DNA from: a virus
DNA: 64,000 nt
Direction: 5' to 3' (one strand)
Virus record (IMG/VR): IMGVR_UViG_3300049491_000350
Location: 1 to 64,000 of that record
Position numbers and translations under genes: made by a program. Every line of letters begins with the position of its first letter. Position 1 is the stretch's first letter. Below are positions 9,446-17,913 of this stretch, in pieces. Under the pieces are notes generated by a model. It was not told the DNA's origin and made no database searches. It saw nothing but the letters and a program-made list of their open reading frames with translations.

Positions 9446-9678
9446 GCAAGCAACTAACTATACAGAGCGAAAAGTCAAAGTATGACAAAGCGATAGCTAC
9501 TTTTATCGTATTCATTTTAATCGCTGCTGCAATTGGCTTATTTGTAATACCTGCCATCTATTCAATCAACCAAAACGCATCATGGAGCATAGCCTGCATG
9601 GCGCTTTTCTTTTTTATTATCCTGATAATAGGTGTCATACTCGCCTGCCTGATAAGCAAGAGAATGAGAATGAAATAA
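9442..9678 (+). CDS. Small two-TM membrane protein
   Basis: Two long hydrophobic segments; ATGA overlap with upstream gene. Confidence 0.6.
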   Translation: MSKQLTIQSEKSKYDKAIATFIVFILIAAAIGLFVIPAIYSINQNASWSIACMALFFFIILIIGVILACLISKRMRMK

Positions 9679-9703
9679 AATATTTTACAACAAACAAACA
9701 AAC

Positions 9704-10084
9704 ATGAAAAAGATAATCGTTTTTATTTTGATGGCAATTCCATTTGCCTGTGCTGCACAAACTCCGTCTCTGAATTTCAGGACAAACACCAGTACGCTCA
9801 TATATCCCGGCGGCACTGACACCATAATGACCATAGAGCTTTATGTGGACGTGTCGGTAACTGATTCTACGGTAAGGATACAATACGTTGGCGATTCAAC
9901 GTACAAGGAATTTTATAAAACTAAATACGTTGGGTATGACCCCAAAGGCGAATGGTTTATCAGTGAGATAATTGGAGAGCCATCAAAGAAATTCATCTGG
10001 GTTCACAAGAAACGGATAGAGATAGATGTAGTTCAGGATGGAGGCCAGAGGCAGTCTTATTATTCTCTCATTGTAAAACAATAA
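9704..10084 (+). CDS. Exported protein (Sec signal peptide)
   Basis: MKKIIVFILMAIPFACAA|Q. Confidence 0.65.
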   Translation: MKKIIVFILMAIPFACAAQTPSLNFRTNTSTLIYPGGTDTIMTIELYVDVSVTDSTVRIQYVGDSTYKEFYKTKYVGYDPKGEWFISEIIGEPSKKFIWVHKKRIEIDVVQDGGQRQSYYSLIVKQ

Positions 10085-10086
10085 CT

Positions 10087-10455
10087 ATGGTACTTGAGGC
10101 AACCTTCACCGGGCAGTTGATTTCTCTTGGTTATAAGCCCGGACACATTTACACTTTAATTCTGGCCGATACTGCTGGCGTTACCGTTAAGCAGCCTAAT
10201 GGTACTGGCATTGTCGCATACGCATCGCTGTCAGCCTTCTTTAAAAACTGGAATCATATCAAAGTATTAAATATTAAAAGGTTCTGCGATTTAGAGGAAG
10301 GCGAACATTTTAGATTCCCATACGACAACGCAGATGTCATAAGGACTGTTTGCCAAAAAGGAAACACAGAGATATACTGTCCATCTCAATTTTCAGTTCC
10401 AAATGATGAAGGGGAGGTTTACCTGAAAAGCGGCAGGGAAGTTTACGTGCTTTAA
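10087..10455 (+). CDS. Hypothetical protein
   Basis: 122 aa operonic ORF. Confidence 0.6.
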   Translation: MVLEATFTGQLISLGYKPGHIYTLILADTAGVTVKQPNGTGIVAYASLSAFFKNWNHIKVLNIKRFCDLEEGEHFRFPYDNADVIRTVCQKGNTEIYCPSQFSVPNDEGEVYLKSGREVYVL

Positions 10456-10473
10456 ACAAACAAAACAAAATAT

Positions 10474-11895
10474 ATGCTACTTGAAGTAAACGTTAAAAAT
10501 TTAAAAGTCCTCAAAGGGGAACACAAGATTTCCCCGGATGGCCAATCATTTGTAGTTCTCGGTGATTCTGGATTCGGGAAAACAACCCTTCTGGAAATCA
10601 TATCAGCGCACCTGATGAAAGAGGACTATCCGCAGAACCCATTGACTGACGGAGAGAACGATGGCTTTACTGAAACCGTACACCAGATAGAAGGGGTTAA
10701 GTATTCCATCAAAAGAAAGTTCAAGCGTCAGGAAGATGGCACTGTCAAGCTGGAAAGATTTGCCGTAACTTCTGCGACTGGCGGCAAATATTCCCTGACC
10801 GCATTCCTTGAAACTGTTTTAAAAGGCGCATTCAATAGCGGCAAGTTCGACTACTCAAAATTTTTCTTTGAATGCAAAAGCCCAGAGGCACGTTACAAAT
10901 ACCTTATTGACAGCATAGGCGGAGATGAAGTGTACGCAAATAACAAATTAGTTACAGAGCTTGAAGGAGAACGTGCTGCCGTTGGAACGCAAAGGACGCT
11001 GCATAAAGCTGCATGGGAACAGGAGGGCATCTTCAAAGCTGAAACGGTTGAGAAAGACCTGATATATTATGAGAAAGAAAAAACAACAGAAGAAGCGCAG
11101 GCAAACAAGCAGCAGTATCTGGCTAAAAGAAAAAGCATTGTGCTTATTACCCAGCAAAAGCAAGAGGTGGCTAATAGCAACAAAATGTATAACGATGAGA
11201 AGAAAGGTATTGAGGATGATGAGACGGGATTGCAGAGCCTGAAAAAAGAATACGAAGAACTTGGCAGGAAGATAAAAGAAAAAGAGCTTGCTATCACCAG
11301 CAGGAAAAATGGGTTCAAGAAATTCAAACTGGATGAGACCCTTGAGCAAAGCCTCGCTAAACAACTGGAAACTGTTGAGGCCGACAACAAACTGATAGAG
11401 AAAGAGGCAGATACCGCATACGACAAAGAGGTTGGGCTTGTCAACCTGTTTAATGTAAACAGGAAAAATTTTATGGACACGATTGCGTCATTCAGGCTAT
11501 GGGAGGCGGCAGATAAAGAGTGGGTTGAAACAGACAATAAGATAAAAGAGATACGTGAAAAAAACAAGACAATTTTCTCCAACAGGCTTCCGATACCAGA
11601 GTTGACAATAGGCGAAGTGAATGGCAAAGAGGTAGTCCTTTACAAAGGCAAAGAGTTTAGCTGGGATAACCTGTCAAAAGGGGAGACCATAAAAATAACT
11701 GCCAGAATACAAAGAGCTTTAAATCCTGCCCAAGACAGCTTTATTGTTATACCAGAGGCTCAATCTCTGGGCAGCAACCTTGATGACATACTGAAAGAGT
11801 GCAAGGAGTATGGGGTGCAGGCTTGTGTTGAATATACCCAGCGCAACGAGGATTTTAAGATGGTATTTGTTGACGACTTCATTAAAGAAAATTAG
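10474..11895 (+). CDS. SMC/Rad50-like ABC ATPase (AAA_23 type)
   Basis: Walker A GDSGFGKT, central coiled coil, signature LSKGE, degenerate Walker B FIVIPEAQSL. Confidence 0.8.
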   Translation: MLLEVNVKNLKVLKGEHKISPDGQSFVVLGDSGFGKTTLLEIISAHLMKEDYPQNPLTDGENDGFTETVHQIEGVKYSIKRKFKRQEDGTVKLERFAVTSATGGKYSLTAFLETVLKGAFNSGKFDYSKFFFECKSPEARYKYLIDSIGGDEVYANNKLVTELEGERAAVGTQRTLHKAAWEQEGIFKAETVEKDLIYYEKEKTTEEAQANKQQYLAKRKSIVLITQQKQEVANSNKMYNDEKKGIEDDETGLQSLKKEYEELGRKIKEKELAITSRKNGFKKFKLDETLEQSLAKQLETVEADNKLIEKEADTAYDKEVGLVNLFNVNRKNFMDTIASFRLWEAADKEWVETDNKIKEIREKNKTIFSNRLPIPELTIGEVNGKEVVLYKGKEFSWDNLSKGETIKITARIQRALNPAQDSFIVIPEAQSLGSNLDDILKECKEYGVQACVEYTQRNEDFKMVFVDDFIKEN

Positions 11896-11897
11896 CA

Positions 11898-12089
11898 ATG
11901 GAATCCATAGTTAAAATATTTTACAAACTTAGCCCTACCATTATGGAGAAGATGGTGTTGCAGTTTGATGATGCGGTTAAGGAGGCCAACAAAAAAGAGA
12001 ATACAAGGGATATGCTTGACTTGGCGGAGGCTATCAGGTTTGTATTAATGAATGGCATCTGGGAAAGAATTTGTCAGGATATGCAATGA
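11898..12089 (+). CDS. Hypothetical protein (possibly frameshifted; see findings)
   Basis: 63 aa; an overlapping frame 12052-12174 continues it. Confidence 0.45.
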   Translation: MESIVKIFYKLSPTIMEKMVLQFDDAVKEANKKENTRDMLDLAEAIRFVLMNGIWERICQDMQ

Positions 12090-12202
12090 TTACCTTACCG
12101 ATAATGACCTTGACGAGATAAGGGTACTGAACATTTACAACTATAACAAGCTGCGCCTTACAAGGAGGCGTTAACTGTATCACTAACAACACAGGAAATA
12201 AT

Positions 12203-12985
12203 ATGTTTTTTGAACAGAAAGATATAGAAACCTTTAATCTTGACTACTTTTTCAACTCGGCGTATTCTAAATCCTCTGATGAACTCAAGAGGCTCATCCC
12301 TATTGAGTTGCAGCGTAAAATATCCTTGCATAAAAAAGACCCATCAAGGGGATTGAAGCCTATTGAAAAGGTTCAAATCCTTACTGTGTGTTTAGGGTAT
12401 CAGTTCTTTAATGTATTTGCTAAGGATGAAGGTGTTACCCCGGAGGTATTTTCTGCCATTTCAAAGGCACAGGCTGGCAAGATAACCAACAGTGAGGCAC
12501 TGAAAGCTCTGGATAAGGAAGATGTGTTTATTGTGGGTAGCGCAGTGCTGGCAAAGTATTTTAACTATGGGTCTCATATCCAGTGTTCAAAGATTCATAC
12601 CCTGATACAAGATTACAAAGTAACGAAGGGTATGCACGGCAGGGGAGGCAAGGGCAAGATGTCTGCGTTGCGTGGTATTGTTGAATTTGTTTTTGCCTAC
12701 AACAGGCGGATTGACCTGATACTGAAAAGGCGCAACCTGACCCCAAGCGATTTTAATTTCCTGACGTACATATACGATGGCGAACACACGGCGGCAGACT
12801 TCCATAGCAATGTTATGACAGGGTACGCAAAGGGTTCTATCCATCTAAGGAAAGCGGTTTACAAAATGGTCAAGAAAGGGCTGGTAGAGGTGAGGGGTCA
12901 GCAGAAGAAAAAGCAGTACAGGATAAGCCAGAATGGAACAACGACAGTGAATAGCATCATGGATGAAGTAATGCAACATATATAA
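12203..12985 (+). CDS. Protein with C-terminal MarR-like winged helix
   Basis: LTPSDFNFLTYI...LRKAVYKMVKKGLVEV...YRISQNG. Confidence 0.6.
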   Translation: MFFEQKDIETFNLDYFFNSAYSKSSDELKRLIPIELQRKISLHKKDPSRGLKPIEKVQILTVCLGYQFFNVFAKDEGVTPEVFSAISKAQAGKITNSEALKALDKEDVFIVGSAVLAKYFNYGSHIQCSKIHTLIQDYKVTKGMHGRGGKGKMSALRGIVEFVFAYNRRIDLILKRRNLTPSDFNFLTYIYDGEHTAADFHSNVMTGYAKGSIHLRKAVYKMVKKGLVEVRGQQKKKQYRISQNGTTTVNSIMDEVMQHI

Positions 12986-12997
12986 AAAATAAATATA

Positions 12998-13043
12998 GGT
13001 TTCCCGTGGAACGTTCCATGCTGAAACCGTTATTCGTGGAACA
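12998..13043. promoter_or_regulatory. Cluster of degenerate parS-like sites
   Basis: GTTTCCCGTGGAAC (12999-13012), GTTCCATGCTGAAAC and half-site CGTGGAACA versus the parS consensus TGTTNCACGTGAAACA. Confidence 0.5.
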
Positions 13044-13261
13044 TGAAGAAAAAGAATTGGCATAGGAAACCTTACAGGTGGTACGGGTACAGGTCATTTA
13101 GGATTGACAGCTACTCTCCGTGCATTTGGGGCAAAGGCAGGAGCGGCCTATTTATGTACTTTCTTCGGAAGCCACCTATCAAATCAATGACACGAATTTT
13201 GAAGTTAAGAAAAGCATTAACCAAAAAGCAATATGGCAAACAAAAATCAAATACAGCTTAA
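13043..13261 (+). CDS. Small basic hypothetical protein
   Basis: 72 aa Arg/Lys-rich ORF. Confidence 0.4.
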   Translation: MKKKNWHRKPYRWYGYRSFRIDSYSPCIWGKGRSGLFMYFLRKPPIKSMTRILKLRKALTKKQYGKQKSNTA

Positions 13262-13415
13262 CGCTCATTACAAGCCCTTGCTTGACCTATTACAGAACAA
13301 GCATGGCATTTGCCCGTCTATGCTTGAGATGGACGAAATAATAGACACTGTGGAGCTTGTGAGCGCAAGTTTAAAGGAGTTGGTACAGATGCCTGTTAAA
13401 AAATCGGCAGAATGA
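13233..13415 (+). CDS. Hypothetical protein
   Basis: 60 aa; ATGA overlap with next gene. Confidence 0.55.
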   Translation: MANKNQIQLNAHYKPLLDLLQNKHGICPSMLEMDEIIDTVELVSASLKELVQMPVKKSAE

Positions 13416-13702
13416 TAAGCAAAGACGATATAAAAAACATGGTGCTGGTGGAAGGGATACCTGTATTCGTCAACATGGACACCTTGAAGGAATGCTTTGG
13501 GTTTAAAAGGGTGGATGGCTTGGCCTTTTCTATTTCCAAGCTGATAAAGCCCAGCCTGACGGAGAGGGAAGCATCAACCCTTTCAAAGCCAGAGCTTATT
13601 GAGGCAGTTGAATCATGGTGCAAATCGAATGGAATTTTGTACCAGTATCAGCAGGACAGGGATGCTTATATTTTAGGGAGGCCAAAAACAGATAACGATT
13701 AA
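13412..13702 (+). CDS. Hypothetical protein
   Basis: 96 aa operonic ORF. Confidence 0.6.
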   Translation: MISKDDIKNMVLVEGIPVFVNMDTLKECFGFKRVDGLAFSISKLIKPSLTEREASTLSKPELIEAVESWCKSNGILYQYQQDRDAYILGRPKTDND

Positions 13703-13714
13703 AATAATTTAAAC

Positions 13715-13975
13715 ATGGACGGGAAACAACTTTATCTAAAGCCTGATGAAATGAAATTTCTATCAATGGCTGTAATGTCAATGCTTGAACAAATAAAGCA
13801 AACACAGAAAAACGAAAAAATAAATTGGAGCGTAGAATCAAGAAAGATGCACAAGGAGATGGCTACTGCTGGCGATGGGCTTGTAGTTAAGATGACAAAG
13901 CTGGGTTTCGATATGAGGCCGCTACCTCCATACATTGACGGTGAAGAACAGGACTGGCTAACAAAAGAATCTTAA
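13715..13975 (+). CDS. Hypothetical protein
   Basis: 86 aa operonic ORF. Confidence 0.6.
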   Translation: MDGKQLYLKPDEMKFLSMAVMSMLEQIKQTQKNEKINWSVESRKMHKEMATAGDGLVVKMTKLGFDMRPLPPYIDGEEQDWLTKES

Positions 13976-14010
13976 TAGTTCTGGGCGGACTTATAAAACC
14001 CAATAATTTT

Positions 14011-14244
14011 ATGCAACAAATACAAACTTCAACCATCATCAAGCTGGACTTAATAGATTCCATAAAGGTTCTGCTTGGCAGGTGCATCAAGGTTGACATC
14101 AAGACGGACATACATCAGGAGCAAGAGATTGGTCATTATAACGCTTCGGCAAATGTGTCTATCGAAAAGACAACAACCCACTTTATTAAGCAGGACAAAC
14201 CAAGATTCGGATGGGCTGAAAGAGGGGAATTATCTCAAAAGTAA
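14011..14244 (+). CDS. Hypothetical protein
   Basis: 77 aa; preceded by a duplicated 25-nt leader. Confidence 0.55.
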   Translation: MQQIQTSTIIKLDLIDSIKVLLGRCIKVDIKTDIHQEQEIGHYNASANVSIEKTTTHFIKQDKPRFGWAERGELSQK

Positions 14245-14258
14245 AATATTTTACACCC

Positions 14259-14693
14259 ATGAGTTTCACATCAATAATCGTTTTAGCAAACGCTATCATT
14301 TTAATTTCTTTTTTTCTTCTGCACAGATGGATTGTAAAAAGAAAAACAAAAAATACAATATGCCTTCCGTTTGATAGCTACACTGAATTAGCAAGCCTGC
14401 TACACGACTGCAAGGTTAAAGTCAGGGAACTTGAGCTTAACCCTATAAGGGATTTACAGAAAGCGCATATAGATAAAACAAGAAATGCTGTGCTACTGTA
14501 TAACAAGAAGCATGAGGTGGCTGAATGTTTATCAGTTGACGACCTAATGAAATTCACTTACATAGCAGATGGCCACAGGTTAAGGTATATGTATGTCAAC
14601 TTTATTGTTGATATAGAGGACATCGCAAGCGTAAGTGAATATTTAAAACTAATTCAGGTGTGCAAGTATATGCTTGACCTAAACAACAGGTAA
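14259..14693 (+). CDS. Membrane-anchored hypothetical protein
   Basis: N-terminal TM helix followed by a basic patch. Confidence 0.6.
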   Translation: MSFTSIIVLANAIILISFFLLHRWIVKRKTKNTICLPFDSYTELASLLHDCKVKVRELELNPIRDLQKAHIDKTRNAVLLYNKKHEVAECLSVDDLMKFTYIADGHRLRYMYVNFIVDIEDIASVSEYLKLIQVCKYMLDLNNR

Positions 14694-14715
14694 CTTAACC
14701 AGTAAAATTGATTAA

Positions 14716-15231
14716 ATGAAAATGATAGTATTTGCCCTGTTCTCTGTATCTGGCCTTGCAATAGGAAGGATTATAGACGTGTACGGCCTTATTGAAACAA
14801 AAACACCAAATGACGTAGCGATGGTGTATGTTATCCCCTTGATAATAACTCTGATTATATCCTTTGTATTAATGCTTAGGCTTGTTCCTAAAGCTACTGA
14901 CGAGTTTAATGACGAGATAGCGTTATTAGGGCAGACGAATCGTTTTGCAGGAGAATACCAAAGCTACGAATCAAGGATTGGAGAAAAGGTTGCTATGTAC
15001 GGAGCATTGTATATAAAAGATAGCGTCCATTCTTCAAGAGAACACGGCATGGAAGAATACTTTCTTTTGGTGTGTACTAACAAGGGTGATATATGGCATA
15101 AGTCGCCAGTAAATCTTGAGGGCAAATTCGGTAGTCAAAGTGAATGGAGCAACCGAAAGTTAAAAGATATACAAAGGTTCTTGAGAGATGACTTTATTGA
15201 ATCAACTACTATTCCCGTTTTTAAACAATAA
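14716..15231 (+). CDS. Membrane protein, hypothetical
   Basis: Two N-terminal hydrophobic segments. Confidence 0.6.
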   Translation: MKMIVFALFSVSGLAIGRIIDVYGLIETKTPNDVAMVYVIPLIITLIISFVLMLRLVPKATDEFNDEIALLGQTNRFAGEYQSYESRIGEKVAMYGALYIKDSVHSSREHGMEEYFLLVCTNKGDIWHKSPVNLEGKFGSQSEWSNRKLKDIQRFLRDDFIESTTIPVFKQ

Positions 15232-15379
15232 CCGTTTGCGATGTGGGTGTCCGAAAGGAATATATAGATAAGATTTACGCCACTAACTGACGTAGTGGAA
15301 TCTGGGGCGATGCCATCCGAGACACAGGGAACAGGACGGCCAAAGCAGCTAAGTAAATCCTCGCCACATTGCAACGGTT
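15230..15379 (+). ncRNA. Candidate structured non-coding RNA (family not recognised)
   Basis: Closing stem AACCGTTTGCGATGTGG/CCACATTGCAACGGTT, TCC-GAAA-GGA hairpin, stem GATTTAC/GTAAATC, hairpin CCACTA/TAGTGG; GC-rich intergenic island. Confidence 0.55.
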
Positions 15380-15395
15380 TTTAAAACAGAGCCAA

Positions 15396-15809
15396 ATGAC
15401 TATAAAAGAACTTCTTGAGTACGCTGCTAAAAATGAGGTAGTGTACGTTCAATTGGAAACCAAATTAAAATTCGCAAGTTCTACCAAAGGCATTGTAGGC
15501 TGCATCAGGATAAGGGAAGGAGGTGTTACAGGGTGTGGCGTAATGTTTGAAGGTACTAATTGGGAGACATGGTTTCATGCTAAGGACGACAAGGATAAGA
15601 GAAGCAGGTATATGAGCCAGCTTAGTTTCTTTGTTAACGAACATGCTGCATGGTGGAACGGGCTGACAGACCCTCAAAGGGAAAAGGTTAAAGCGGCGTA
15701 CCATAGTGAGTATCAGTTTAAGGTAATAAGAGACCTATCTGATGACGAGATAAAACTGGTTTACTCAAAGAGAGATTTCTATGATACCATTTACAATTGT
15801 TTCAACTAA
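15396..15809 (+). CDS. Hypothetical protein
   Basis: Start at ATG 15396 after the structured element. Confidence 0.6.
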   Translation: MTIKELLEYAAKNEVVYVQLETKLKFASSTKGIVGCIRIREGGVTGCGVMFEGTNWETWFHAKDDKDKRSRYMSQLSFFVNEHAAWWNGLTDPQREKVKAAYHSEYQFKVIRDLSDDEIKLVYSKRDFYDTIYNCFN

Positions 15810-15819
15810 TAGAATAAAA

Positions 15820-16494
15820 ATGGAAGATAAGTATTACATAGTAAGTATCAAGCACACATCAAAAGGAGACAATGCGATAACGCTTTGGAGAGCGGATTCG
15901 TCCGGGTATTGCTTTAGAAAAGATTGGGCTGGCCTATACACAAAAAGCCAAATTGGTTTTATTGATATGAGGGAGACTGAAAATGTTGCAATATTGGCAT
16001 CTTCCGCAGACAAGTTGTTTGCGTCCGCTCTTTATGATGGGCAGGATATTGAGTGCCTTGAAAATTCAGAATCCGTAAGAGAGGCATTTAATCTGAACTA
16101 TGACAAGATGAAACAAAAGAGGATGGCTACCATCAATGTCTCGTATTACCACAAAGGCTCATCATTAAACAAGCAAAGTGATGACGAAGAAGAAAGCCGC
16201 ATTAAAAAAAAGATTGAATCAACGCTCGATGGCGTAGAAATAAAATGGAATTATCGCAGGTGTGGCAATACAACAAGGCAAGTGGATAGAGCGGTTCAAA
16301 TATTGTTTAGTGGGTCTATATGCAAAGTGAGAGACCATCACAGGATGGGCGAAGATACAAGGATGAATATGCGATTGGCTGACTTGATATTGAGGCGGAT
16401 GAACAATGAGGGGCATTTAGGAGGATTGGCTACAATAGGAGAACGTGTGTTGCTGAACAAGCAAAACATGACCCTTGAAATTTGCCGTAAATAA
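15820..16494 (+). CDS. Hypothetical protein, apparently two fused small phage domains
   Basis: N-part YIVSIKHT...TLWR...GY....AGLY; C-part RRCGNTTRQVDRAVQILF. Confidence 0.6.
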   Translation: MEDKYYIVSIKHTSKGDNAITLWRADSSGYCFRKDWAGLYTKSQIGFIDMRETENVAILASSADKLFASALYDGQDIECLENSESVREAFNLNYDKMKQKRMATINVSYYHKGSSLNKQSDDEEESRIKKKIESTLDGVEIKWNYRRCGNTTRQVDRAVQILFSGSICKVRDHHRMGEDTRMNMRLADLILRRMNNEGHLGGLATIGERVLLNKQNMTLEICRK

Positions 16495-16514
16495 AAGAAG
16501 TAAAATATTTTAAA

Positions 16515-16850
16515 ATGAAACATACGCTACTATCAATCGTTTTACTTTTCGCCTTGACGGCAAATGCCCAACAAGCAACCAAAGAAAAAGTGCCAGAGTT
16601 GAATCCGCTTATTTGGCATACGGTGTGGGAATGGAAGCCTATCAGATGGGCTGACTTTCCGCCAACTTCCAACAGGCCTATTTATTGGTATAATGATAGT
16701 ACCTGCGGAGGCAATGTTGTTTTTTCAAATTTAACGCTGGCGGATTTCTTTACACAACAGCCAGTTGTGATAAGAAATGATTCATGTACGTGCGACACTA
16801 AATTCAGGTGTGAAATGGGTGCGCCGTATGGGAAATGTATTTACCAGTAA
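16515..16850 (+). CDS. Exported protein (Sec signal peptide)
   Basis: MKHTLLSIVLLFALTANA|Q; Cys-rich C-terminus. Confidence 0.6.
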   Translation: MKHTLLSIVLLFALTANAQQATKEKVPELNPLIWHTVWEWKPIRWADFPPTSNRPIYWYNDSTCGGNVVFSNLTLADFFTQQPVVIRNDSCTCDTKFRCEMGAPYGKCIYQ

Positions 16851-16932
16851 AGCAGTAACTTTACTTGCTATTTTTTTAATTTCAAAATAAAAAAACTTCT
16901 GGGCGGAGTTATTAAACCCAACAATTACATTT

Positions 16933-17823
16933 ATGAATAAGCAGTTAATCGAGTTTCTTAACAAGCTCAATGCTTTTGATGCAATTGACGCTGTTAAGTT
17001 TCACATGCTAAAAAAAGGCATATCCATTCTGCAACAAGGCAAGACAGCGAAAGATGCCTTTTCTTTTGTTGAGACCCTGCACAGGGATGGCCATTACAAC
17101 AACATCATGGGTATGTACACCGAAAGGCAATTGATTGGTTTCGGCAATTATCTTCTTTCTCCTGAAAGAGATGCGAAATTTGACACAATGGATAAAAGCC
17201 TTCCGATTGATGACATGAAGAATGTTGTGCAGTTTGCTGACCTTAAACACTGGAAGTTCCCATTGTCTGATGTATCTGGTGATGATTTCAAAACGGCAGT
17301 AGAACAGGAGGAAGGTGCTGCAATTGAAAAAGGGAAAGTGATTGGTGAAGAAAAGATGGCTGAAAAAATAAATGAAAAGGCGGAAGAAAAAATTCAACAG
17401 CAGCAGGAGAAACAGGAGCAGCAGCAGGAAAAGCAACAGGAAGAAAAGCTGGATGATAAAGCAAATGAAAAGGCTGAACAGCAGGAAGAAAAACAGGAAC
17501 AGGTTGAAGAAAAGCAGGAGCAAATTGGGGAACAACAGCAGGAAGAAAAACAGGAGGAGAAAGCAGAAGAAAAAACTGAACAGCCATTGGAAGTGATTGA
17601 TGAAAAGGCTGATGAAAAAGCGGATGAGAAAGCGGATGAGAAAATTGAAGGCACTGATACTAAGCAGGAAGAAAAAGCAGAAGAATTGGGCAACCAGCAT
17701 GAAGAAAAGCTGGATGACAAAGCGAATGAAAAGGCTGAACAGCAGGAAGAAAAACCTAAGCCACACAGAAGGAGTGCTGCCGCTAAGAAGGCTGATGAAA
17801 AGAAGGAAGAAAACAAAGATTAA
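16933..17823 (+). CDS. Protein with globular N-domain and Glu/Lys/Gln-rich repetitive C-terminus
   Basis: EEKLDDKANEKAEQQEEK occurs twice (about 17440 and 17701); DEKA repeats. Confidence 0.75.
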   Translation: MNKQLIEFLNKLNAFDAIDAVKFHMLKKGISILQQGKTAKDAFSFVETLHRDGHYNNIMGMYTERQLIGFGNYLLSPERDAKFDTMDKSLPIDDMKNVVQFADLKHWKFPLSDVSGDDFKTAVEQEEGAAIEKGKVIGEEKMAEKINEKAEEKIQQQQEKQEQQQEKQQEEKLDDKANEKAEQQEEKQEQVEEKQEQIGEQQQEEKQEEKAEEKTEQPLEVIDEKADEKADEKADEKIEGTDTKQEEKAEELGNQHEEKLDDKANEKAEQQEEKPKPHRRSAAAKKADEKKEENKD

Positions 17824-17871
17824 ATGTGCTGATTGCGCCTATAACGGAGGGGCGTAATTGGTTTTAATTAT

Positions 17872-17907
17872 GCCCTCTGTCAAGATTTATTGGCAGAGGG
17901 CTTTTTT
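17872..17907 (+). terminator. Intrinsic terminator within an attenuator-like element
   Basis: GCCCTCTGTCAA-GATTTA-TTGGCAGAGGGC followed by T6. Confidence 0.8.
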
Positions 17908-17913
17908 AAGTTT

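Noticed and set aside
15230-15379. tRNA or hammerhead ribozyme
   Set aside because: No cloverleaf with a TTCG T-loop; CTGACGT does not match the CUGANGA core
17008-17816. Long minus-strand ORFs rich in Phe/Leu/Ser/Cys (also 25430-25954, 11067-11627)
   Set aside because: Antisense shadows of E/K/Q-rich plus-strand genes
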